Shown here: one piece after another, positions 23,271 to 31,400 of the stretch
Layout: every line of letters starts with the position of its first letter
Position numbering within the stretch: position 1 is the stretch's first letter
NCBI GenBank assembly: GCA_016196885.1
Contig: JACPWU010000053.1
Span: forward strand, 504-32,503
Direction of reading: 5' to 3'
DNA length: 32,000 bases
Source of the DNA: Chlamydiota bacterium
GTDB taxonomy: Bacteria; Auribacterota; JACPWU01
Notes under the pieces: model-generated
What the model saw: the letters and a program-made list of their open reading frames with translations, nothing else
Told to the model about the DNA's origin: nothing
Databases searched by the model: none
Program-made: the position numbers and the translations under genes

Positions 23271-23786
23271 TTAAACCCTTGAACCTTCTATTTCCTCCCA
23301 TTCCCCCTGAGAAATTTCTTCCGTTTTGTCATCCACCACATAAACTGGAACACCATAAACTCTCATACGCCGAGAAAAGCAAGCCTCATCATCACACGGA
23401 TGAACCAAGCTGACATCCAAAACCATCTTCACTTGAACCCCGCCATCTGGTAAATAAACTTTCTCGATCACCTTAGCACCGCGAATAAATCCTGTCTCAG
23501 AAATAATAGAAGAGCCATCTCTTAACTCTAGACTCATTCGAGAAAGGGTGCGGGCGAGATTGTAATAAGCCTTCACTTTTGCGGCTCGCTCAGCCAAGAG
23601 TCTGGCCTGGGCGAGAGAACGACCTTGAGGAGCTTCACCTCTTCCAAGCGCTTCAAGACTCATGCTTGAAGGACTTTGTTGAACGGTTTCGCGATTCACA
23701 GTCACGATGACATCTTCCCCCTGTGCAAAACCGAATACTCCTTGTAAGAAGAAAAGTGTTGTTATTATAGAGCGAGCTTTTGTCAT
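23271..23786 (-). CDS. Secreted protein with one FlgP/LPP20-like domain
   Basis: Signal peptide, then ARLLAERAAKVKAYYNLARTL...GFIRGAKVIEKVYLPDGGVQVKMVLDV. Confidence 0.65.
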   Translation of the reverse strand: MTKARSIITTLFFLQGVFGFAQGEDVIVTVNRETVQQSPSSMSLEALGRGEAPQGRSLAQARLLAERAAKVKAYYNLARTLSRMSLELRDGSSIISETGFIRGAKVIEKVYLPDGGVQVKMVLDVSLVHPCDDEACFSRRMRVYGVPVYVVDDKTEEISQGEWEEIEGSRV

Positions 23787-23835
23787 AAATCAATGCCTTT
23801 GTTGTCTTGGCCCTGTCCAATATACCGCAACTTTC

Positions 23836-24138
23836 TTAATAATAACACTCCTCATAATACACCGGACGATGATAATAAGAATAAGCAGGATACCGATGCC
23901 AGCAATTGTGATAAGGATAGGGATATGCATCATAAACAGGCTGAGCAGGATAGCAAGGCTGTGCATAATAATAATCGCCATGAGAATGATAAGCAGAATC
24001 CGCAATGATGGCACCTGTCACCAAACCCACGGCCGCTCCTGCTGCCGCCCAACCCCAATCATCTGAATGAGCATGAGAAGGAACTGCATTCATTAAAAAA
24101 AGACTGACAAGCGCTAAAACCAATATTGTTTTTTTCAT
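23836..24138 (-). CDS. Small secreted Tyr/Pro/His-rich protein with a glycine-zipper segment
   Basis: MKKTILVLALVSLFLMNAVPSHA signal, GWAAAGAAVGLVTGAIIA glycine zipper, then a tail with 17 Tyr in 77 mature residues. GGAGG 8 nt upstream of ATG 24138; an in-frame ATG at 24153 is also possible. First gene after the sigma-54 promoter. Confidence 0.6.
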   Translation of the reverse strand: MKKTILVLALVSLFLMNAVPSHAHSDDWGWAAAGAAVGLVTGAIIADSAYHSHGDYYYAQPCYPAQPVYDAYPYPYHNCWHRYPAYSYYHRPVYYEECYY

Positions 24139-24170
24139 TTGACGAACCTCCATTTCTAAGTGTCAGAAAA

Positions 24171-24185
24171 GCAAAAAAGATGCCA
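24171..24185 (-). promoter_or_regulatory. Sigma-54 (-24/-12) promoter
   Basis: The minus strand reads TGGCATCTTTTTTGC, against the consensus TGGCAC-N5-TTGC, with GG and GC exactly 12 nt apart. It lies ~33 nt upstream of ATG 24138 and faces the divergent sigma-54 activator gene. Confidence 0.6.
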
Positions 24186-24302
24186 AACATAAAATATTTC
24201 TATAACTCATTCTTGTGAAATGTGTTATATCTTTTCTTGCTTCAACCCGCAAAAAACGAATGTTTTAAAATGGAGCAAAATGTGGTAATAAACAAGTGTC
24301 TG

Positions 24303-24316
24303 AGTGCTTAAGCACT
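24303..24316. promoter_or_regulatory. Perfect 14-nt palindrome AGTGCTTAAGCACT; candidate activator binding site (UAS) or autoregulatory operator
   Basis: Perfect dyad 12 nt upstream of the activator ATG and ~120-145 nt upstream of the sigma-54 promoter, a typical enhancer distance. Function is inferred only. Confidence 0.3.
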
Positions 24317-24327
24317 GATTTCGTCAC

Positions 24328-25860
24328 ATGCAAATCAACCAAATCATCAACGAATTAGGAAAAGAAAGCCTTGGAGAATTGATTAAGGTCAGTACCCTTA
24401 TCAATTCTTCCCTAGACCTTTCTGAAATTCTGACCCATGTCATGGAGCTTACCAATAGATTGTTAAATTGCGAGGCAAGCTCTCTTCTTTTACTGAATGA
24501 AAAAACCAATGAGCTCTCTTTTAAAACAGCCACAGGCGAAAAAGCTCAAGACATGAAGGCCTTCAATCTCAAAATGGGTCAAGGGATTGCGGGCTGGGTC
24601 GCTCAGAAGGAAAAGGCGGTGATTATTCCAGATGTTGAAAAAGATCCCCGCCATTTCAGCCAAGCCGATTCCAAAACCGGATTCAAAACCAAATCCATTC
24701 TTTGCGTCCCCATGAAAGCCAAAGGTCAATTGATTGGTGTTTTGGAAGGGATTAACAAAAAAGAAAATTTAGTTTTTGATGAAGCGGATCTTTCCTTGGC
24801 TTCCATTCTTGCGGATCAAGCTGCGACGGCCATTCAAAATGCCAGGGTTTATGAAGAACTCCAGCAAGACCATGAAAATCTAAAAAAAGAAGTACGGCCC
24901 AAGCAAACATTGGTCGGAAAATCTAAAATTATTCAAGATATTTTAAAAATGGCAGGCCGAGCAGCTCAAGGAGATTCTACCCTCTTGATTCGCGGGAAAA
25001 GCGGCACGGGAAAAGAAATGCTTGCCCGCGCCATCCACCAATTGAGCCCACGATCCAACAAGCCTTTTGTTTGTGTCACGTGCTCTATTCTGACCCAGAC
25101 ACTCTTGGAGAGTGAACTTTTTGGCCACGAGAAGGGGGCCTTTACGGGAGCCGATTCCAGAAAAATCGGCCGATTTGAAATGGCTGATGGCGGGACGCTC
25201 TTCTTAGACGAAATCGGAACCCTGGCCCCAGAAACACAACTTCGACTCTTGAGAGTTCTTCAGGACAAGGAATTTGAACGCGTGGGTGGACGAGAAACCA
25301 TCAAGGTCAATGTACGCATCATCGCTGCCACCAATGAAGATTTGGAGAAAGGGATTCAGGAAAATAAATTTCGTGAGGACCTTTATTATCGCTTGAAGGT
25401 GATTGAGATTTTCATGCCTGAGCTGAAAGATCGATCTGAAGATATTCCGATTCTTGCCCAGCATTTTTTAGAAATTTACTCTCGTGAAATGGCCCGTCCT
25501 GTCAAAGGAATTTCTAAAGAAGCGATTGAAATTTTAAGAAATTATCACTGGCCAGGAAATGTTCGGGAACTGAAAAACACCATCGAGCGATCGGTCGTTT
25601 TAGGGTCCAGTGAATACATTGTCTCCGAGGACTTGACTACAGAAATTCGTCATCCCCGTGAGGGAGCTACATCGCTTCCTTCAAGAGAGGGTCCATCGCA
25701 ACTTCCTTCCGGAAACACCCTTGAAGAAGCAGAAATTCGCCATATTCAGGAGATACTCGTCAAAACCAACGGCAATAAAAGCAAAGCCGCCGAACTCCTC
25801 GGCATTTCCAGAAATCGCCTCGACCGAAAATTGGCAGGGATTAAACCGGCCGCGAAATGA
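24328..25860 (+). CDS. Sigma-54-dependent transcriptional activator (GAF + AAA+ + Fis-type HTH)
   Basis: N-terminal GAF-like domain, GKSGTGKEMLARAIH Walker A, ESELFGHEKGAFTGA (GAFTGA loop), and the C-terminal HTH KSKAAELLGISRNRLDRKL. No receiver domain. Confidence 0.93.
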   Translation: MQINQIINELGKESLGELIKVSTLINSSLDLSEILTHVMELTNRLLNCEASSLLLLNEKTNELSFKTATGEKAQDMKAFNLKMGQGIAGWVAQKEKAVIIPDVEKDPRHFSQADSKTGFKTKSILCVPMKAKGQLIGVLEGINKKENLVFDEADLSLASILADQAATAIQNARVYEELQQDHENLKKEVRPKQTLVGKSKIIQDILKMAGRAAQGDSTLLIRGKSGTGKEMLARAIHQLSPRSNKPFVCVTCSILTQTLLESELFGHEKGAFTGADSRKIGRFEMADGGTLFLDEIGTLAPETQLRLLRVLQDKEFERVGGRETIKVNVRIIAATNEDLEKGIQENKFREDLYYRLKVIEIFMPELKDRSEDIPILAQHFLEIYSREMARPVKGISKEAIEILRNYHWPGNVRELKNTIERSVVLGSSEYIVSEDLTTEIRHPREGATSLPSREGPSQLPSGNTLEEAEIRHIQEILVKTNGNKSKAAELLGISRNRLDRKLAGIKPAAK

Positions 25861-25965
25861 GTCGAAAATATATTACATTGACAATGAAATATGCGTCACA
25901 AAATATTTCATTCATAATGAAATGCTTTTAGGAAAATTTTCTAAAAATCATTACTTTCTATCCTA

Positions 25966-25994
25966 TTGACAACGCTGCAGGAATACCGTACACT
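25966..25994 (+). promoter_or_regulatory. Sigma-70-type promoter for the ATPase gene
   Basis: TTGACA, 17 nt, TACACT. The -10 ends 8 nt before ATG 26003 and no Shine-Dalgarno is present. Confidence 0.4.
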
Positions 25995-26002
25995 TTTGCA
26001 TC

Positions 26003-27160
26003 ATGTTAAACAGATACGTTGAACTCCCTCTGAAACAATCCTTTTTTCTCTTTGGATCCCGCCAAACAGGGAAGAGCACGCTCATTCAAACGCACACCCC
26101 TGAAAAGACTTGGAAGATAGACCTTCTTTCATCTGACCTTTTTTTTAAATACTCCAGAGACCCTTCTTTATTCCGTCAAGAGGCAGAGGAAAAGATTAAA
26201 AACGAAAAAATACATACTATTTTTGTAGATGAGATTCAGAGAGTCCCCATTCTGTTAAATGAAATTCAGTCATTGATGGGCCTATGGAATGGGCAATTCA
26301 TTCTGACAGGGTCTAGCGCAAGAAAACTTAAGAAAGGAGGCGCTAATTTATTGGCCGGAAGAGCCGTTGTCAAATATCTATTCCCCCTCATCTATGAAGA
26401 ACTGAAAGATGGATTTAAGTTAGAAGAGGTTCTTCTCTTTGGAACCCTGCCTGCCATTTTGGGTAAAACAAAAGAGGAAAAAATTCAGATTCTCTCCACC
26501 TATGCAAACACTTACCTAAGGGAAGAAATTCAGAGCGAAGGAATTGTCAGAAATCTAGGAGGATTTTCACGGTTTCTAGATTTGTCTGCAAGTCAGTCTG
26601 GAGAACTGGTCAGTTTCTCAGCCATTGGACGAGAATGCCATTTACCTACACGAACGGTTCAATCTTACTACGAAGTTTTAGAAGACACCCTAATCGGCTT
26701 TAGACTTGAGGCCTGGGAAAAATCAATCAGAAAACGTTTAGTCAGTCATCCTAAGTTCTATTTTTTTGATCTGGGCGTAACAAATGCGATCAACCGGTGT
26801 CTGAAAGGGGGATTGCCCTCGCCTCTCAAGGGACGGCTTTTTGAACAATTTGTTATTCTAGAAACCTATCGCCTACTCCATTATCATGAAAGTGAAGCGA
26901 GGCTTTTTTTCTGGAGAACCAATCATGGAGCTGAAGTTGATTTACTTATTGAAAAACATGGAGAAATGATCGGTGCCTTTGAAATCAAATCCTCTTCAAA
27001 TATTGCAAAGGCGGATTTATCCGGTCTAAAATCCTTTCAAGAGGATTTTCCAAAAACACCTTGCGCCCTTGTCTCGACGGCAATCCATGCTTACCAAATC
27101 GATTCGATCAAAATCTTGCCCTGGCAGGTTTATTTAGAGAAGATATCTTCCCTTCTATAA
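26003..27160 (+). CDS. AAA-family ATPase with C-terminal DUF4143 (COG1373 type)
   Basis: FLFGSRQTGKSTL Walker A, IFVDEIQ Walker B, and a typical DUF4143 C-terminal half. Confidence 0.85.
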   Translation: MLNRYVELPLKQSFFLFGSRQTGKSTLIQTHTPEKTWKIDLLSSDLFFKYSRDPSLFRQEAEEKIKNEKIHTIFVDEIQRVPILLNEIQSLMGLWNGQFILTGSSARKLKKGGANLLAGRAVVKYLFPLIYEELKDGFKLEEVLLFGTLPAILGKTKEEKIQILSTYANTYLREEIQSEGIVRNLGGFSRFLDLSASQSGELVSFSAIGRECHLPTRTVQSYYEVLEDTLIGFRLEAWEKSIRKRLVSHPKFYFFDLGVTNAINRCLKGGLPSPLKGRLFEQFVILETYRLLHYHESEARLFFWRTNHGAEVDLLIEKHGEMIGAFEIKSSSNIAKADLSGLKSFQEDFPKTPCALVSTAIHAYQIDSIKILPWQVYLEKISSLL

Positions 27161-27208
27161 AAGATAGAACCAGCGAATCAACGAATTTATATAAAAATTT
27201 ATTTGCTG

Positions 27209-27237
27209 TTGAAATCTTTTTTTAAACATATTAATAT
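27209..27237 (+). promoter_or_regulatory. Sigma-70-type promoter for the RelE/RHH pair
   Basis: TTGAAA, 17 nt, TAATAT. The -10 ends 9 nt before ATG 27247 and no Shine-Dalgarno is present. Confidence 0.45.
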
Positions 27238-27246
27238 CTATATAGA

Positions 27247-27504
27247 ATGAAATATAGAATAGAACTCAGGAAATCCGCAGAAAAGGCTTTAGGCAAACTT
27301 GATGCTAAAAAGCGGGGGTATGTTTATGTAAAGTTACTGGAATTAGGAGAAAATCCTCGGGACCGCAAATGCGAGAAATTAAAGGGGATTGAACAGGGTT
27401 ATCGTAAGGTCGCGTGGCCTTATCGTATTTTGTACACGATTAATGACGAACATAAAATTGTAGACGTTTATTTAATTGCTCATAGAGAGGAGGCTTATCG
27501 GTGA
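27247..27504 (+). CDS. RelE/ParE-family type II toxin
   Basis: Y.IE....A.K.L.KLD......V..KL.EL.ENP......KL.G....YR.....YRILY.I.D....V.V..I.HR..AY pattern; 85 aa. Confidence 0.85.
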   Translation: MKYRIELRKSAEKALGKLDAKKRGYVYVKLLELGENPRDRKCEKLKGIEQGYRKVAWPYRILYTINDEHKIVDVYLIAHREEAYR

Positions 27505-27725
27505 AAACAATTTCCATTGGGTTTGAAGACTCGTTATTTAATGAAATGAATGAAAAAGCAAAGATATTAAAAACAACACGTTCTGAACTCGTTCGGAATG
27601 CCATCATGGAATATCTCTTTCGGTTTGACGAGATCTTAGACGCAAAAATGTTACAGCATGCGATTGAAAAAGATGAATCGAAAAAATCATTAAACCAAAT
27701 TGCCCATGAACTTGGATTGGCGTAA
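27501..27725 (+). CDS. Ribbon-helix-helix (CopG-like) antitoxin
   Basis: GTG start overlapping the toxin stop (GTGA). N-terminal RHH pattern ISIGFEDSLFNEMNEKAKILKTTRSELVRNAIMEYL. Confidence 0.72.
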   Translation: MKTISIGFEDSLFNEMNEKAKILKTTRSELVRNAIMEYLFRFDEILDAKMLQHAIEKDESKKSLNQIAHELGLA

Positions 27726-27772
27726 GGCAATCCGTCTTATCCACTCGTTCCAAACAACCTAAAAAAACAATT

Positions 27773-28078
27773 TTACGCTGCTTGACCCAGCTTATAAATG
27801 TGAACCTCTCGTTCAAGACGTTTGCCTAAATGGTCTTTTCCAATTTCTATATCGTACCTGACTTGCAGATTCATCCAAAAGCGTTCTGAGGTTCCGAAAT
27901 AGCGTGAGAGTCTGAGGGCTGTATCTGTACTAATGCTACGGTCTCCATGCACAATTTCATTGATGCGGCGGGCAGGAACAGAAATATCCTTTGCAAGTCG
28001 GTATTGACTGATTCCCATCGGTCTTAAAAACTCTAACAACAATATTTCTCCTGGATGAACCGGGCTCATTTTTTTCAT
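27773..28078 (-). CDS. higA: HigA-family antitoxin (XRE HTH)
   Basis: HPGEILLLEFLRPMGISQYRLAKDISVPARRINEIVHGDRSISTDTALRLSRYFGTSERFWMNLQ is the classical HigA signature. Confidence 0.88.
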   Translation of the reverse strand: MKKMSPVHPGEILLLEFLRPMGISQYRLAKDISVPARRINEIVHGDRSISTDTALRLSRYFGTSERFWMNLQVRYDIEIGKDHLGKRLEREVHIYKLGQAA

Positions 28079-28103
28079 TTTAATTGACTCCCTTTCCTAG
28101 GGT

Positions 28104-28385
28104 TTAATGATAATCAACCATCTCAACTCGATAGGCACGGCCATTCGCCCATTCAAAACAAATACGCCATTGTTTGTTAACCCGAATGCTATATTGATCT
28201 CTTCTTTTACCAAGCAACTTTTCAAGATGATTAGAGGGTGGTATTCTTAGATCTTCCAAAACTTCGGCCGCATCCAGCAACATCAACTTCCTAAGCGCCG
28301 CAGCTTGAATATCCTGAGGTAATTTCCGAGAACCCTCTCGGCAAAATATTCGCTCAGTTTCTTTACATCTAAAATTTTCAATCAC
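28104..28385 (-). CDS. higB: HigB-family toxin (RelE fold)
   Basis: IENFRCKETERIF....R.LP.DI...A.RKL..L......EDL..PP.N.LE.L.G.R..QYSIR.N.QWRICF.W......V...DYH. Start set at GTG 28385, which gives the typical ~93 aa. An upstream GTG at 28439, abutting the giant ORF stop, is the alternative. Confidence 0.82.
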   Translation of the reverse strand: MIENFRCKETERIFCREGSRKLPQDIQAAALRKLMLLDAAEVLEDLRIPPSNHLEKLLGKRRDQYSIRVNKQWRICFEWANGRAYRVEMVDYH

Positions 28386-28391
28386 AGGAGA

Positions 28392-28420
28392 ATAATAACA
28401 TGAGGCGTTAATAACGTCAA
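28392..28420 (-). promoter_or_regulatory. Sigma-70-type promoter for higBA
   Basis: The minus strand reads TTGACG, 17 nt, TATTAT, then 6 nt, then GTG 28385. No Shine-Dalgarno is present. Confidence 0.4.
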
Positions 28421-28439
28421 AAGGTATTCTTAAAAACAC

Positions 28440-31400
28440 TTACATCGAACCCTGAGTAGCTTCTTCTTCCTGACGCAGCCATTGTAAACGTTCTAGAGGA
28501 GTGCGGGGAGCTTTCATGGGTTTTTTTAATTCATTTCGATCGACCTTCTTAAAAGCATTCAAAAGGTCTTGGTCCTTGACTGAATTTCCAGAAACAAGTT
28601 TCTCTAAAATCCAATCCATTTGTTGATCATCTAAGGAACCTCTTATCACAAGATAAACAAGATTTTCTCCTGAAAGAGGATCCGTCTTTAATAAATCGGC
28701 ATAATGATCCTGATCTCCTTCTGCAATCACAAACCGAACACGCTCTTCTCTATTCCCACTTCGTTGTGCCCCCGCAAAAAATTCATGGATTACATCCCCT
28801 TTCACCTTTGCTCCTAGAGCGTGACTTCTAACGGCCTCATCATGGGCCTCGTAGTAGCGAACAGTCATGTTATCTTTTAACCGGCCATACCTATCTCCAC
28901 AAACGGATTTAAAAATTTTCTCAGTCAGATCAGAAGGTAAATCATTTTTTGAGACCCCTTCAGGAAGAACAATCGAAATCACGATTCTAAATTTGTTCTT
29001 TTGAAGCAGCTGAATAGAATAGTTGTAGAAGAGTTCAAAGTTATCACGAGAGGCCTTCACCTCCCACTCTCCAGAACCCTTTTGAGCAAGTTCAATCCCA
29101 AATGTTTTTTGGGTCATCACCAAAACTTTGAGTGGAGTTTCATCTCTCTTTTTACCTTTGATAGGCTCGCGATAATTTGCCAATCGATCTTGGTATTGTT
29201 CACCAACCGTCTTAACATGAGCCTGAAGTAACCATCCATTCTTCAAAATTTCAACCTTGTCTCCTTCCAAATCTGAATCCTGCTTTGTATCATTCTCATC
29301 ATGATATTTCACCGCCCATCCTCTTTCCAGAGATTGAGGGTCACTTAAAAGAGTCAGCAATAATTTTTGGAAGCGGTCGGGGTGAATCGCCCCCAAACTT
29401 GTAAGGTCAAGGTAGAGATAACCATGATTGAATGATTTCACTCTAGCGCAAAAATCTCGCACTGCGAAACGAGTTGCTGGAGAAAGATCCACAGAAAGCC
29501 ACTGTCCCTCGTTCAATACCTCTAAATTTCCAGTAGTAGAAAATCTCAAAATTTTGGACTGTGATTTTTGAATTAAAACTTTTAATTCATCCGACATATG
29601 AAGCTGCTGTCCTAAGCCTACTAAGGCATTGATTGTTTTTTGATCGCGAAGGCGTTCCAATGCTGCAAAAAATCCAAAGACTGGTGTTAAGCCTGAGAGG
29701 AAAACTTGAGACAGAGGATTGTAACTTTGAATGGATTCTACCTGGCGCCTCAATTCTTTTTGTTCGTATCTTAAAACAACATCCAAAGACTGATGAGATA
29801 AAATTTCATGAGAAATCCCATAATATTCCTTTCCAGCAACATAGCTTTCAATAAGTTGACTCAAGCCTCCAGAATAAGTCCTGCCACTTCTTAAGTGATT
29901 CGCAATAAGAAGGAAAAGAACCACTACATCCTGAACCATGGGAAGTCGTGCATCATCATTGATAGTTCTTTGAGCGCTTGTTTCCTGAGCCATACGCAAA
30001 TTGACTACTCCTTCAATATGACGCATCACATCTCCAAAACTAGGCTGATCGGTAGCCAAAAACTTTAGGGCATTGTCAATGGCTTGAGTTAAGTCCCGAT
30101 CTTCAGGATCAGCACTCAAGTGCTTTCTTAAGAGCAAAAGATAATCTTCTCTCTCAAGACTCTGAAGAAAATGAGGTGCTTTGTTTTGAATATTTTGAAC
30201 GAGGTTAAATTTTGATTCTAGAGATACATTTTTCGCAAAAGTCTGGGCAAGCTCACCTCCCTTTTTACTTAAAGCCTCTCCACTCACTTTCTCTTGAATA
30301 TCTCGAAGAGCCGCCTCTTCTCCTGGAGCCAGACTCTCAAGACTCTTTGGATCTTGAGCACGTCGCCTGACCAACTCTCGAGCGACTCTTCCCTTGACCG
30401 CTCCGTCGATCACCCTCTCACTCTCAGGAAGATCTAAGTCAAAGAGCGGCTCCATCAAGACCATTTCCGTATGAATCGCACGGTTAAAGAGATCTATTTC
30501 TTGAGGTTCTATGGAAACTGAAAGGGCTTCCATTCTCACTGGCAACTGAAGTCTACGCCATCCCTCGATAAATTCATGGGAAATGGCATCTTTAAAAAAC
30601 CCTTCTGTCATAGCAATGCGAATGGTATGGCCGCTGATTTGTGTGACGGCCGATTCTGAAACACCTAAATCTTTTGCCAAATAAATCTGAACCGTATAAT
30701 TTTGTCTAACTTCGGAGAATGGGATAAAAGATCCCTTTTCAGATTGACCGCCCTCGGGAGGAGTTGCAAGCGCTCCGAGGACTTTCTTGAACGGCTCTAA
30801 ACCCATATCCTCAACCTTCAAACCTAATTTTCCAAATTCACCCTCAAGAAATTCAGGCGCGTAACGATTAACCATCTTTAACATTTTTTTGGCTTGTTCT
30901 CTTTCTTCCTCTCTAACTCCCCGCGTCACAATTTGACCCCCATCAATCTGTGTAAAGACTCGATCGACCTCTTCTTGCGTCAGATTTCGAGTTCCGATAC
31001 GTTTTTGATGGGTACCGGAAGACGAATCACCTTTAGTTAAGGGGGTTTTCAAAGCATCACTCCATCGCAAATCACGAGCACTCCGCTGACCTCCATTGAT
31101 TTTAACAAAGTTGATTTTAAAACCGTCTGGGCAGGTTTCAGATTGAATCTGATACTGAAAAACAGCAGCCCCTGATTTTACATTTATTGAAGCCATCAAT
31201 CCGTCTTGCCCTCTACTCAGTTCCAACTCAAAGGCATCTCCACTGTCTCCAAGTCCGCTTAGAATGACCTCCTCCCCTTCCGAAAATCCTAATCGAAGGG
31301 TTCCCTCTGCCCCCAAGTTTCCATGAAGACGATCTGCATCTCGAATCTCTACGATCAATAACGGCGGAATGTTGCCGCTCCGTTCGGCCTCTAAAAACCG

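Noticed and set aside
23707-24066. Three overlapping alternative-frame ORFs across the Tyr-rich gene (23707-24066 +, 23790-24014 -, 23793-24008 +)
   Set aside because: They are open only because of the strong compositional bias (TAT/CCT/CAT-rich). Only the 23836-24138 minus frame has a signal peptide, an SD and a promoter context.
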